A DNA stretch of 64,000 nucleotides from the human T2T-CHM13v2.0 reference genome, Homo sapiens, in NCBI RefSeq assembly GCF_009914755.1, contig NC_060933.1, one strand, 5' to 3'. Below the pieces are notes generated by a model. The model had not been told where the DNA came from, ran no database searches, and was given only the letters and a program-made list of their open reading frames with translations. Within the stretch, counting starts at the first letter, position 1, and every line of letters starts with the position of its first letter. A program made the translations under genes and the position numbers. Below are positions 33,831-52,629 of the stretch, piece after piece.

Positions 33831-35147
33831 AAATAAAACCTAATACGGTGAAATTCCTTTTATTTAACTCAGATAGAAAATGTCACTTCCGTAAAAAAGA
33901 AACTTATTACCACAGGAAACACTTTTTTAAAGTAAAATATGTAAATCTGAGCATTTTTTATTAACTTAAAATTAAAAACACATCTTTAATTCACCAATCT
34001 TTGGATATGGGGCCATGGCCTTACCTTTAATACAAATTCATGGAATAGAGTTCCATATCATTCTACTCACATAAACCATTGTTGACATTTCTAGTTTTGG
34101 CTTAGTTAAAATGAAAAAATCTGAATGTGGAAAAAAAAACCATTTATATTTATACAATGCCCCTCCAGATATTCTGTTTCCCTACAGCTAATTGAGTACA
34201 ACTTTTCAGCAACCCGAGCTTTCCCAAACTCAAAACAATCTAATCAATTAATCTTTTCTTATTAATAGTTAACGTGTTTACATATTTAAATTACACAATT
34301 ATAAATTGCCTTGGAAACACAGATGAGTAACTCTTGGTAAGCCAACAGTTTAAATGGTGGGAGAGGTACATGGGCATTATTAGAGAGAAGTTATTAACAA
34401 CCAATTTAGGACACTGTGAACATTAGTGAATTTATTTTTCAAATGAAATGAACAATTAATAAAACAAATCAGTTAAGTGATTAAGAGAAACTTCAATTTT
34501 TTAAAAAGGTGATAGAGAAAGAGTAGAAAAAAGGAAAAATACCTGCTAATCATCTAACCCAGTGCTTGAGCAGCAGGATGAGGCAGTAAATTGACTGATG
34601 GAAAAATGACAATAGATACAGTTTAAAAGTTAGGTTTCTGTAATAGAAAGAATAACTTTTTTTTTTTTTTTTTTTTAACGCAGATGCAGCTACAAAAACA
34701 GATAACAATGCTTCCCAAGTCCCTCAAAGTTCCCCACAGGGAAACCGTTGCCAAGCATAACACCTGATTGAAATGAAGACCCCATCTGGGGCTTCTGACA
34801 AACTCATGCCCTGCCATTCTAAGGAAAAGTTCTATAGATTCTGGAAAGGTGCCTATCTGCTTCCTATTTAAAAGTAACTATACCAAGATTTGCTTCAAAG
34901 TAATCAGATTAGAAAAACTGGGAGGAGGTTGTTTAAAATAATATGGAAGGGACACAGTGAGTGATAAATATGCAAGGGTTCATCCTACTGCTGTCTTTTT
35001 TGTAGGTTAAAATTTCTCTACGTAGAGTTAAGCAAATAAGTAACTGGTACATAACAATCGATGCATTCCAGAGTGGTTATCTAAGTTGTCTGAATCACAG
35101 GTCAATTTCCTAAGTGGGTAATTCCCAAGACGCCTAGATCTCAGGGG

Positions 35148-35236
35148 TGTGTATATAGACACATACACACACACACACACACGTATAAATACACACATAT
35201 ATACGTGTGTGTGTGTGTGTGTGTGTGTATACATAT
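35148..35236. repeat. (AC)9...(GT)12 compound microsatellite
   Basis: Read directly at 35165-35182 and 35205-35228. Confidence 0.95.
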
Positions 35237-35533
<297 letters not shown>

Positions 35534-35911
35534 GCAGGTCTATATTTTTGATAAAAATATTTCCTTAGGTATGTACTGCAGATTTATGCTGCCCATCAAT
35601 GCAGTTCTATAGAGCACAGTAAATTTTACTCAAATACTTTATTGCATTCAAGTTTATTAATAGTGGTTTAAGGAGGACTCTTTTATTCCCAACAAGTTCA
35701 GTTTTGCTGACACTTACTGAGAGAGGTTATCATTTGGCTGAACACCATTGACCCTCTGAAAGTTATTTATACATACATATTCAGGGAATATATGTCACCT
35801 AAATTGAAACAATTCAAATTCTTAGTATTCTAATGACATGAGCTAAACCTACTGGATGGCTCCAACTCATCAAAAAGGACATGGATGTTTTTCCCTTATT
35901 AAAAATAAAAG

Positions 35912-36570
<659 letters not shown>

Positions 36571-37159
36571 TCTAATGCAGCTGCTAATCTCTGGCTTTCA
36601 ATTGGGCTTTGTAAGTGGATGGGCTATGTAACTCTATACACTCATGAAAATTTATTAAACTAACAAACAGCAAGAGTTCTACCACATATCACTGCTAGGG
36701 TTCAGCAATATAAAGAGTGGTTATACAGGTAACTCTAGTTACTGCTCTCAATAAGACAACTGATTGAGCCAAAGGAATAGCCAGTATTTTTCAAGAATAA
36801 ATATCTTACTGCAAAAGCAGTCATTAAACCTCCTACATTTATGCACTGTGTTCTTTCATTCTATCTTCTCTAAATGCCTACCCTGAGCATAAATAGCAGT
36901 CTGCAGGAAACTCCTGTTTTGAAGGGTGGAATAAGTTGCAGACTACATAAGAAACCTAACTGTTAAACAATGTACTAAAATCTAGTATAACTAGTAACCA
37001 GTACACTTTCAGTAGTAACTAATAACTACATGACACCAACTTGCTTTTTAACCAATTTATATTTTAAGAATACATATGTATTCTATTGCAAACAAAAGCA
37101 CTCATATTTCAGATTTATAAAACAGGCAACTTAAATGGAGATTTTAAATAGACAGATAG

Positions 37160-37333
37160 ATATACATATAATATATATATATATATATATTTAGACAGAG
37201 TGTCAATCTGTTGCCCAGGCTGGAGTGCAGTGGCACAATCAAAGCTCACTGTAGCCTCAATGTCCTGGGCTCAGGCAATCCTCCCCTCTCAGCCTCCCAA
37301 AGTGCTCAGATTACAGGCATAAGCCACCATCCC
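37160..37333 (-). mobile_element. (TA)n plus AluJ/FRAM fragment
   Basis: TA run followed by antisense Alu monomer. Confidence 0.85.
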
Positions 37334-37597
37334 CTAAAATAATTCTTATCAAAGATTTACTCATATTACAAACAATTCCCTAAAGAATATACTAGATATT
37401 TAAATATTCTCATGGAAATAAAATGGTTCCATTTATACATATTGCCTAAATGTAAGGCCTATTTAGGAATATCTTTTTTAAGTTAATAATTTGAAATTAA
37501 AATTTGGTAACTAATTTAGAACACACCCATCCTCTACTAAGAAGCAGTAGTGGCTAGAAACAACAGCTCCAAAACACTCATATAGAAGCTACTTTGA

Positions 37598-37870
37598 TTG
37601 GGTGCAGTGGCTCATGCCTATAATCCTAGCACTTTGGGTGGCTGAGGCAGAAGGATCTCTTGAGCCAAGGAGTTTGAGACAAGCCTGGGCAACACATGGT
37701 CTCTACAAAAAATTTAAAAATTAGCTGGTTGTCATGGCTCATGCCTGTGGTCCCAACTCCTCAGGAGGCTGAGGTGGGAGGATCACTTATCACTTCAGCA
37801 GTGACCCGTGATTGAGCCAATGCACTCCAGCCAGGGTGACAAGTGAGCAGCTGCCTCAAAAAGAAAAAGT
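37598..37870 (+). mobile_element. AluJ
   Basis: Diverged sense dimer. Confidence 0.88.
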
Positions 37871-38543
37871 ACCTACTTTGTGTTTTAACTTATTTTGAGA
37901 ACTTGAGATTTTTAAAATTTCTTTATCTTCTACAACCATGATACTATCTCAACACTGTTTATTATCTGTAGGAAAATGCAGCACCATTTTCACTGGTATC
38001 TCCCTCAAAATCACTCAATAAAAGCACATTCATTTAAAATTCATAAAGATATTTAGAGAAAGCAATTTTAAAACTGCTAAGATTTCCCTACAGTATACTT
38101 TTATTCCTTATATATGAAATCTCAATCCTGATTATTTTATTGTGCTATTCAAGACTTAAATTTCATTATAAGCACATTCTTTGGAACATAATCATCTAAC
38201 ATTACAGGCCAAACTAATACCTGTTCTCATTTTCAGTGCTATTTTAACTGGAATAAAGCTTTTTTCCCAGCCCATCTCCGATCAAAGACAACACTCTAAT
38301 TCCAAGACTTCATATTACCTACTTACTTAAAATTGTTGCGTTGTTAAGCGGTTTTATCTTAATCTGTAACTTTTACAAATGTTGTCACAATTCCTAATAG
38401 TTTTAAAACACTATAAAACTATACATGCTAAAGTTTTTAGACAACCCGAAATAAAATATAAATTTGCTCATTTTCTTTTCCCTAAGGTGACAATACCATT
38501 CCTCGCCTTTTTTCACTCTTTAAAAAATTTTACAGATACCTGC

Positions 38544-38823
38544 ACCGGGTACGGTGGCTCACGCCTGTAATCCCAGAACTTTGGGAGGCCGAGGCGGGCA
38601 GATCACGAGGTCAGGAGACTGAGACCATCCTGGCTAACATGGTGAAACCCCATCTCTACTAAAAATACAAAAAATTAGCCGGATGTGGTGGCAGGCACCT
38701 GTGGTCCCAGCTGCTCGGGAGGCTGAGGCAGGAGAATGGCGTGAACCCGGGAGGTGGAACTTGCAGTGAGCCTAGATCACACCACTGCACTCAAGCCTGG
38801 GCAACAAAGTGAGACTCTGTCTC

Positions 38824-38850
<27 letters not shown>
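38544..38850 (+). mobile_element. AluY
   Basis: Sense dimer, long A-tail, TSD ttttacagatacct. Confidence 0.95.
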
Positions 38851-38854
<4 letters not shown>

Positions 38855-38869
38855 TTTTACAGATACCTA

Positions 38870-39230
38870 CTGGTTGTACTTATTTATGGAGTATATGTGA
38901 TATTTCAAATACAAGCATACAATGAATAATGATGAAATCTGCATAACTGGAATATCCATCATCTCAAACTCAACATTTCTTTGTGCTAGGAACATTCTAA
39001 ATCTTCTCTTCTACCTATTTTGAAATAAACAATAAATTATTGTTAACTACAGTACCCCTATTGTGCTACTGAACACTAGAACTTATTCCTTCTTATCTAA
39101 CTATACTTTTGTATCTACTGAACTAACTTTCTTTACCCAAACGCTCCCTGTACCCACCCCAACCTCTGGTAACCACCTTTCTATTAATTACCTCCATGAA
39201 ATCAATTTTCTCACTTAAAAAATGAAGGTA
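38870..39230 (-). mobile_element. Old L1 (L1MA-like) 3' fragment
   Basis: atatccatcatctcaaac...ttgaaataaacaataaattattgttaactac...cctctggtaaccacc. Confidence 0.75.
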
Positions 39231-39754
39231 TTTAGAAATGATGGATGTTGTATCTTCACAGTTCCTAATCTTCATCCCCATTAAAATTTTTGTCACTCTC
39301 ATTAATTTCAAGTTTCAAACTGGCACACTAACAAAAATTTCTTATGACTACTGCTTTCTTGTTACTATTGGTAGTAAAAAGGAGCTATCTTAAGGTATGG
39401 TAAGAGTAGGGAAATAATCTTTAAAACAGCAACAGAAAGAGAAATCTGGAAAAAAACAATACATTTGTAAGCTGAGCTTAGAGGAGAAATAGAATTTGAA
39501 TATATAAAGCTGGCAATATAAGAAGATAAACTGCAAAGATAAATTTATAATCTTTAAAGCTTGTTCATAAACACTTGTGCATAATTCTGTATCTTAAAAT
39601 ATTTAATGTAAGAAAACTAACATACACAGGGTATGTTAAATACCATACACACACACGTATATGTACACCTCATACTGAAAGATGTCACTTTACAGCTTCT
39701 TAGACAATTTTACTGATGTTATGTCTCTTTCTAATTAAAACTATAATAAAAGAC

Positions 39755-40104
<350 letters not shown>

Positions 40105-40574
40105 TCATGTATTTTAATAACACAGATTGCTTTAATCTAGACATATTTGAAATTATTTTTCTTCTTTAAAAAAGCTGTATGTCTCAGTTGATAAGAAGCT
40201 GACAAACTGATATAATTGTTTCTAAAGCCAGCCTTTGTCCTTTATGTATTTTCCCCTTCAATCAGAGTCTCATTTTATAAACATTTTGTATATTAAACAT
40301 TCAGGCAAATGAAGTACTAGGTAGTGCACTGAAATACAATGTCATATAAAGAACGGCAGCAGTCAGCTCTAATTTTTTGCATGCCCAGGAAAGTTGCTTG
40401 ATCTGATTTTTTTTCAAGCAACTAAGAAATCCAGATTGTGGTGTGATCTCCTTTGGAATGTTGGAAACAATTTCAAAAATTTTAAAACATCGCTTAGGTC
40501 ATAGAAAATAACCCTATTGCTCTAGGCAACCAATCTATAACTTTGGCTTATTGTCCAGGTTTTAATCAAGCACA

Positions 40575-41070
40575 TTTTATTAGTTTTCTATTGCCACTCT
40601 AATATATTATCACAAGTTTAGTGGCTTAAAAGAACATATATTTATCCTCATACAGTTCTGAAGGTTGTTAAGTCCAAAATAAGTCTTAAGAACTAGAATG
40701 AAGTTGTAGGTAATACTGCATTTCTTGCAGAGGATCCAGGGAAAAATCTACTTCCATCCTGTCTTTTCCAGCTTCTAAAAGGTAGCCTATATTCCCTGGC
40801 TTGTGGATCCTTCCTCCATCTTCCAAGCACATCATTTTAATCTCTGCTTCCAGCATCTCTTGACTTCGACTGTCTTATCTCCCTCTTATAAGGATCCTCA
40901 TGATTATACTGGTCTCACCTTGATAATCCAGAAGTCTTCCCATCTCAAGATCCTTAACTTAATCAATCACATCAGCAAAGTCTCTTTTGTCTTTTGAAAG
41001 TACATATTCACAGATTCTGGGAATTAAAATCTGGATATGTCTTGGGTGAGGGGGAGGTCATTATTCTATC
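40575..41070 (-). mobile_element. MLT1C-like MaLR LTR
   Basis: attagttttctattgcc...ctccctcttataagga...tattcacagattctggg. Confidence 0.75.
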
Positions 41071-41149
41071 ATATATGCATTCTAGAAGGTTTTTTTTTTT
41101 TTTTTTTTGAGATTCCTTAAAACTTTCTATATAAATGGTCATGCTTCTG

Positions 41150-42080
<931 letters not shown>

Positions 42081-43286
42081 ATTTTCCTCAGATGAGTACA
42101 TGCGTATATCATCTCTACATTCCTGCCTATCTGCATCCTTCTTTCACCCAACAAATGAATGGTATCTTGACCAAGTATAGGAGCAAGGGTTCAATTTCAG
42201 TTGTATGAACATGTTACTCCATTATCTTATTACAGTTTCTGGTGTTGTGGATGAAAAATCTGATCCTTTTCCTTCTTTGATGTGTTCTGTTGACTGGAAG
42301 GCTGCTAAATTTTTCACTTAATAAAAAAAAATCTGCTTCCATGTTATTTTTTCCCTGCAATCCTGCCTAGAACTCAGTGAGCACTTTCAATTTGAAGACT
42401 TAAATTTGTTTTTCAGGTCAGAAAAATTTTCCTGTATTTATTACATATATTTCCTATATTTGTTATATTTTCCTATATTTATTACACAGGAAAAATTTCC
42501 TATATTATTAAATTATTATTTAATAATTTCTTAATGTTTTAGTATTTTACCTCTCCTTTCTATGTTTCATTTTCTCTTTCTAGGATTCCTACTTATTATA
42601 CATGAGGATGATAAAGCCTTCTAACTTACTCGACTATTTTCTCTTATGATTTCCATCTTTCATATTTTTGCTTTGTGAATCCATTCTTTCAGGGATCTAA
42701 TTTGGGACTTAATGGTAACAATCCCCTATTCTGATTAACTTACAGAATTTAGTTTAAAAAATCATATTTTCCAGCCCAAGAATAATTCTTCATGCTGCAC
42801 TTGATTTTTTATAAGAGCTCATTTTATTCCCTGCAATTGTTCATTCCTCTAACAGCTTAATTTAGCTTGGCATGTGCTTTGTTTCTTTCAAGTAATCTTC
42901 TCTCTAGATATCAAGATCCTTTAAAGATGTTATATATGTATTCATGCATGTGTTTATGTATATGGTCATTATGGTCAATTCCTTGGCGCTCAGGTTTAGT
43001 AGCTACTCCAAAACTGGCAGAAAGCAAAGCAGTCTCTCCCTCCACAGATCCACAATGAAGAAGTAAACCACTATACTTTGAGATATCTACTCCCCAGTTT
43101 TTTCAGGTTCTCCCAGACTCAGAGACAGGAAACAGCTGGCCCATTCAATTCTATCTTCAACTTATAAAATGAAAGAAACCAGGCATATTCACACAAGATA
43201 CATGTTAACTTTCCCCTTCCCATTCTCCATCTTCCTCCACTTCCACACAGTTCTCAGACCTCAGTAAACCAAGTTCCACCACTTTG

Positions 43287-43443
43287 GCCAGGCATGGTGG
43301 CTTAAGCCTCTAGTCCCAGCAGTTTGGGAAGCCAAGGTGGGAGGATCGCTTGAGCATGGGAGACAGAGGCTTCAGTGAGCCAAGACTGCACACCGTACTC
43401 CAGCTTGGGGGACAGAGTGAGACAGTGTCTAAAAAAAAAAAAA
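43287..43443 (+). mobile_element. Alu monomer (FRAM or arm-recombined Alu)
   Basis: ggccaggcatggtggc start running into a right-arm end and A-tail. Confidence 0.8.
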
Positions 43444-43904
43444 TCCAACGCTTTCCTCTAGGATCTTCAATGCAAATCAATAAGTACCTATCCAGCCCAA
43501 AGTAAACACTTTGTAGTTATTATCTTTGCCAAGATTCCCAAGAAGCCAAAATCTTACCTGCAACCAACATCCATCTTACTTTGGAGAAACAGATACACTA
43601 CATGCTTATTAGTCAAAGAAAAAAGGAGCAACATTCAAGTTTCCTTCTTCCCTGAATCTCTTCCTCTGACTTTGGAGAAATGTACACTGATTCTTTGAGA
43701 TTTGTATACATGGAAGTTTTCCACAGGTATCTTTCCATGACATTACTTGAAAATCACTGCATTTAAGAATAGCTCCTCAAAGTGATTTGAAGTTAAGGAT
43801 ATCTCCTAATTTCATCCAAGATAATTTCTATTTCTGTTTATTTTTGTTGTTGCTTTGTAGTAAATTCTAAGAAGGGCAAAACTGCTGTTTATGATGTCAT
43901 TTTT

Positions 43905-45615
<1,711 letters not shown>

Positions 45616-45669
45616 TAAATCCTATTCCATAACTTTAGAAAAAACATTAACTAAAAATCAAAATTGAGT

Positions 45670-45895
<226 letters not shown>

Positions 45896-45941
45896 TAATC
45901 GTTATAAAAAGTTAAATAGCTACTATAATTGGCTATCCATT

Positions 45942-48123
45942 TGATATACTTTTGCTGTGTCCCCACCCAAGTTTCAACTTGAATTGTAGTTCCCATAATT
46001 CCCACATATTGTAGGAGCAACCTGGTGGGAGATCACTGAATCATGGGGGCAGTTTCTCCCATACTCTTCTGGTGGAAGTAAGTTTCACAAGATCTGATGG
46101 TTTTATAAGGGGAAACCCCTTTTGCTTGGTTCCCTCATTCTCTCTTGCTGCCGCCATATAAGAAGCGCCTTTTGCCTTCCACCATGACTGTGAGGCCTCC
46201 TCAGCCATATGGAACTGTGAGTCCAGTAAACCTCTTTTTCCTTATAAATTACCCAGTCTCAGTTATGTCTCTATTAGCAGTGTGAAAACAGACTAATACA
46301 GTAAATTGGTACCAGTAGAGTGGGGCACTGCTGTACAAATACACGAAAATGTGAAAGTAACTTTGGAACTGGATAACAGGCAGAGGTTAGAACAATTTGG
46401 AGGGCCCAGAAGACAGGAAAATGTGGGAAAGTCTGGAACTTCCTAGAAACTTGTTAAATGGCTTTGACCAAATGCTGATAATGATATGGACAAGGAAATC
46501 CAGGGTGTGGTGGTTTCAGACGGAGATGAGAAACTTGTTGGGAACTGGAGTAAAGGTGACTCTTGCTATATTTTAGCAGAGACTGGCAGCATTTTGCCCT
46601 TGAGCTAGAGATTTGTGGAACTTTGAACTTGAGGGAGATGATTTAGGGTATCTGGTGGAAGAAATTTCTAAGCAGCAAAGCATTCAAGAGGTATGTGGGT
46701 ATTATTAAAAGCATTCAGTTTTAAAAGGGAAACAGAGCGTAAAAGTTCAGAAAATTTGCAGCCTGCCAATGCTACAGAAAAGAAAAACCCATTTTCTGAG
46801 GAGAAAAATCAAGCAGGCTGCAAAAATTTGCATAAGTAACGAGCAGCCCAATGTTAATCGCCAAGACAATGGGGAAAATGTCAGAGGTCTTCATGGCAGT
46901 CCCTCCCATCACAGGCCTGGAGGCCTAGGAGGGAAAAATGGTTTCATGGGCCAGGCTCAGGGCTCCCCTGCTATGTGTACCCTAGGGACTTGGTGCTTCA
47001 GAGGGCACAAGACCCAAGCCTTGGCAGCTTCCATGTGGGGTTGAGCCTGCAGTTGCATAGAAGTCAAGAACTGTGCACCTGCAGGAGGTTTGGGAATCTC
47101 CACCTAGATTTCAGAGGATGTATGGAAACACCTACATGTCCAGGCAGAAGTTAGCTGCAGGGGCGGGGCTCTCATAGAGAATCTCTGCTAGGGCAGTGCA
47201 GAAGGGAAATGTGGGGTTGAAGCCTCCACACACAGTCTTCATTGGCGCACTGCCCTAGTGGAGCTGTGAGAAGAGGGCCACCGTCCCCCAGACCCCAGAA
47301 GGGTATATTCACTGACAACTTGCACCGTGCACCTGGAAAAGCCTCAGACACTCAACACCAGCATGTGAAAGCAGCTAGGAGGGAGGCTGTACCCTACAAA
47401 GAAACAGGCGCGGGGCTTTCCAAGACCATGGAAACCTACCATTTGCATCAGTGTGACCTGGATGTGAGACATGGAGTCAAAAGAGATCATTTTGGAGCTT
47501 TAAAATTTGACTGCCTCGCTGGATTTCAGACTTGCATGGGGCCTGTAGCTCCTTCATTTTGGCCAATTTCTCCCATTTGGAAGGGGTGTATTTATCCAAT
47601 GCCTGTATCCCCATTATATCTAGGAAGTAACTAACTTGCTTTTGATTTTACAGGCTCATAGGCGGAAGGGACTTGCCTTGTCTCAGATGAGCCTTTGGAC
47701 TGTAGACTTTTGAGTTAATGCTGAAATGAGTTAAGACTTTGGGGGACTGTTGGAAAGGCATGATTCGTTTTTCAAATGTGAGGACATGAGATTTGGAAGG
47801 GGCCGGGGCAGAATGATACGGTTTGGCTGTGTCTCCACCCAAATCTCATCTGGAATTACAGCTCCCATAATTCTTACATGTTGTGGAAGGGAACCAGTGG
47901 GAGATAACTGAATCATGGGGGTGGTTTTAGATCCATCAGATCTTTCACTTGGTTCCCTCATTCTCTCTTGCTGCCGCCATGTATGAAGCACCTTTCACCT
48001 TCCACCATGATTGTGAGGCATCCCCAGTCATGTGGAATTATGAATCCATTAAATCTCTTTTTCCTTATAAATTACCCAGTCTTGGGTATGTCTTTATCAG
48101 CAACATGAAAACAGACTAATACA
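45942..48123 (+). mobile_element. Full-length THE1 (THE1C/D-like MaLR): LTR 45942-46300, internal region, LTR 47814-48123
   Basis: Both LTRs are tgata...gactaataca; internal starts gtaaattggtacc; purine tract precedes the 3' LTR; 5-bp TSD ccatt/tcatt. Confidence 0.95.
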
Positions 48124-49424
48124 TCATTAAATGGCTTCTAACAGTTGAAAAGGTAACACTAATGCTCAAGTATGAAGAAGCAAAGCACTTAAGCCTAATG
48201 GCACCTCAAAAACTGGAAAAAAATAATAGATTTTTAAAAAGGGATAACAAATATAATCAAGCAAAAGCTCAATTCAGGATTCTCTGTAAGTAGCATCAAG
48301 AAACAAAATGTTGATCAACGTGGGGAATGGGGCAAAGAAATTTTTTAAAAAAGAAACAAAGTGATTAATTTAGATAATTTAAGAAACTTTAAAATATTAA
48401 AAAGTTAACAGGCCTTGTAAATGCTTAAACTAGTGGAACTAAATTAGTATACTACATAAATGATCTAAAGCTAAGTATGTTGCAGGAACGCCAATAGTAA
48501 GACATTAAAAATGTGTACATTTTCTACTCTATGTTTTCATATAAATTACCCTATAACACTCCTACCCAATAGCATTTATGAAAAAATTCTGTATTTCTGG
48601 TTAACTATGTACTTCTCTATGCTACTGCCCCTGGTAACCTCTTCTTACGTGTACTACTGCCTGTGACACAAGTATTTATTTTTCTTTTATACTTTATCTT
48701 TTTCAGATCTAGCACAAATCTCTTATATTCTTCAGGAAAAATGCTAAGCTTTGCAAAGAACAAGTCATTATTTGGAAACTACCAAAATAGTTAATTGTTT
48801 TAAGCAAATAGCATCAATAGATGCTCAAATTAAAAGGTGAAACTTTGAAGTGCACTAATGAAGAAAAAACTAATAATTAGCATGTAGCTTCTTGATTAGT
48901 CAGCATCCCAAAACTTCAGGTATTTTTTTTATCATCCCGACAGTCAAATAATATACATTTATAGGTAAAATATGCAGACTTACATGAACATAACTATCTC
49001 TTCTGTGAAATGAGGCTATTATTGCCTAATATTAATAAATACATAGATTATTGTAATGAGATCAAGTGTTCTATGCTGTTTAATGTAGTACCTGGTAGAG
49101 TAAGTGCTTAATAAATAAATAGTGAGGATCGTGAATAGTGTATTCAAAATCCAAATGGGAGTGATTCTGCTTCAGGTTGGCACTGCTATTGTTCTGTATC
49201 TATGTGGAGTAGTTTTAAAAAATCATCTTAATCCTGAAAGTAGTTAACTCCATCCTCACATATACCAAAAGGACCAATCATTACAAGTAGACAAATAAAT
49301 CTTTCTATACCACTGAATGATTTTATAAATAAAACACAGAAAAACAATCATATCTTTGACATAAGAAATCACCAAAGGAATAACAAAGAAATTTTGAAAT
49401 AAAAATGAAAGTTTTTAAACTTAC

Positions 49425-49500
49425 TGACTGACTAAATCAGATCCCATCTTAGAACCATCATCTGCTTCCTCTTCCATATCAGAGTCCATTCCATTGTCAC
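49425..49500 (-). CDS. CAAP1: CAAP1 exon 4 (GDNGMDSDMEEEADDGSKMGSDLVS)
   Basis: Acceptor ttcatttataag|GTGAC, donor AGTCA|gtaagt; 76 nt. Confidence 0.96.
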
Positions 49501-49650
49501 CTTATAAATGAAAGAAACTATTGAAAGCACACTTATAAAAACATTAAAATGATGCAATCATGACATTAAAAAGTATAATCTTTAAAAGTGATGCAGATTA
49601 AAGAACTTTATACTGGGTCAAAACTTAAATTTTTAATTGCTTGTATTTAA

Positions 49651-49989
<339 letters not shown>

Positions 49990-50718
49990 TCATTGACTTC
50001 TTTTTCTCTATTATATAAATGTATACAGACAACAATGTGTGTATATACACTTACACACTATGTACATATGTATATATCTATTTCCAGAGTTACAAAATGC
50101 CATCAATTTTACATTTAAAAATGAAGCTATCACTGGAAACTGAAAGGCTCCAATTTTTGTTTCTTCTTCTGTCATGTTAAAGCTAAAATCCTTGCAAAGT
50201 CCCAAAAGAAAAAAAAAATGCCTGATAATCCAAAATTCTAGAGGTGTGAGTATCACCAAGAGTAGTCACACTACAGGCAGACAAACAAATATTGGTAAAT
50301 TGCATGGAAGTATTCTAACTCTATATCTGGGTCTTATTAGAGAGTAAACAATATGCAATAGGTGACTAAACACTATAAAAAATCTAAAGCAGAAAATTAA
50401 AAAGATTTTAAGGGAAATCTTTGCCTTTCCAATAATTAATTTTTTTACAGATTTTTGGTAAACATTTTTTATTTCATTTTATTAGTTATACTCTTACCTA
50501 TATACACTTGACCTGGAAAAACAATATATTGTCTATTCTTGAAACGCTTTTCTGATATGTAAACTATATTTTTTAGTGCAAATAGAAGTAAAAATACTCT
50601 TCAACAACAACCCAATAATGAAATTAAATATCCAAGTAGGAGAAAGAATACCTCAGGATTTATGCTGAATATAGTATTAACTAAGAAGTTGCCAGAATGT
50701 AAAAATATGTATTCTTAC

Positions 50719-50803
50719 CCTCAAGAATCTTCAAAATTTTTTTTTCAGACAGGAGCTCTAACTGTTCCTGGCATAGTTTTTTAATTTCTTCTATTGAACA
50801 GTT
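50719..50803 (-). CDS. CAAP1: CAAP1 exon 3 (NCSIEEIKKLCQEQLELLSEKKILKILE)
   Basis: Acceptor tttcctttag|AAC, donor GAGG|gtaaga; 85 nt. Confidence 0.96.
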
Positions 50804-51549
50804 CTAAAGGAAATGACATTTTAAAAAAATGCATTTATGTAACACAGCCCCAATGTAAACTGGAAAATTTCAATCATAAAAATTTAAGTTAGCAAAATCT
50901 TACAATAAAATAAATTAAAGCCTCAAGTAGATTCACATACATCTTTTCCTGGGATGAAATCTGAAAAACTGCCAGTTAATATGTGAACACTGCATATTTG
51001 AAGGGAATGCATAAACTTGTATTTACTATCAAAGAAAAAAACTAAAGAGTGAGTCAGTTTCCCAGCTATTCTTAAGCAGTCTATTTATGTTAAGTAATTA
51101 TTCTAAAGGTTTAAATATTCAAGTCTTGTATCTTTAGATATATGATCTCAGGCTTAACTTTAGTGTCCAAGGCCAATTTCTACAACTGTAAAATTAAAAC
51201 AACAAATATTTCCCTAAATAATTTTCAAAAATAAATAAAAATACTTGTGAATCTAATGAAATATAAGCTATTATTAACCATTGCTGTTTGTTGTTACACA
51301 GCAGCATATTGTGACATTATTTCTTAAAGCACCATAAAGATTGTATGTCCAATTTAGTTACTATCATTCCCTGCATTTAACAGAATTATCTCCACAGAGT
51401 CAACACATTTCTTGCCTAAACATTTCTTCGTGGCAAATTTTTAAATATACAAGGCTCCAAGAACCAAATATATTATGGTTCTCTATTTTACAAAATCTTT
51501 TCAAGTAGCTTATTTTAGATGTAAACATCCAATTAAAAACTGCATTAAC

Positions 51550-51871
<322 letters not shown>

Positions 51872-51927
51872 CTACAAAGAAGGCTGTATTTCTACATATG
51901 TATCTAGTCTGATGTGTAATGAAGTAC

Positions 51928-52128
51928 CTTTAACACATCAGGAAGCATCTTCTGTAACTTTTTCTCTCCTATAATACAGAAGCACTGCTGAAGCATTTCT
52001 TTTTTGTCTGATATATAGAAACTAACTGGTTTCAATGACACAGTCAGGTCCAGTCCACCTTCTTCAAGGTCACTGTGCTCTGCCAAGAATAATTCTTTTT
52101 CCAAAGTTGGCAAAATATATTTAGTTTC
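51928..52128 (-). CDS. CAAP1: CAAP1 exon 2 (ETKYILPTLEK...MLPDVLK)
   Basis: Acceptor ttttaactttag|GAA, donor AAG|gtactt; 201 nt in frame. Confidence 0.97.
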
Positions 52129-52629
52129 CTAAAGTTAAAAGAATAAAGAACCATTAAACAATACTACTTAAAATATAAAGAATACGTACATGACATCATA
52201 CGTTTTCATTTAATAAATTCTTCTTCATCAAAAATTCCCAAATTCTTTGCATAATTATTTATCAAAACCATAGGAGAGAATATCTGTTTAATATTACTTG
52301 ATTTTTCTCTCCACACTGCAATTAACTCAAGGAGTAGCTATAAGGGAAGAGATATTTAGGATACACAAACAAAAGTATAGTAAATATTGAATAATTTCTT
52401 AAAATTTTAGACTTTTGAAGAATTAGGATTTTCCCCTAAAAGGCCATTCACCCAAAAGCTCTATGTATGCATTATCACTGTACTTAAATTCATATAAATA
52501 AATTGAAGTAAAGATGTTACAAATCACAAATATTATACAGAAAAGTAACATACGTACCAGGAGCTATCATCATTTTTAAAACTTTATAATCATAATCAAA
52601 GTAACCAAGTAATTTCAGTAATTTAAGAT

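Noticed and set aside
46769-47991. ORFs of 64-130 aa inside THE1
   Set aside because: Decayed MaLR internal sequence with no intact long ORF.
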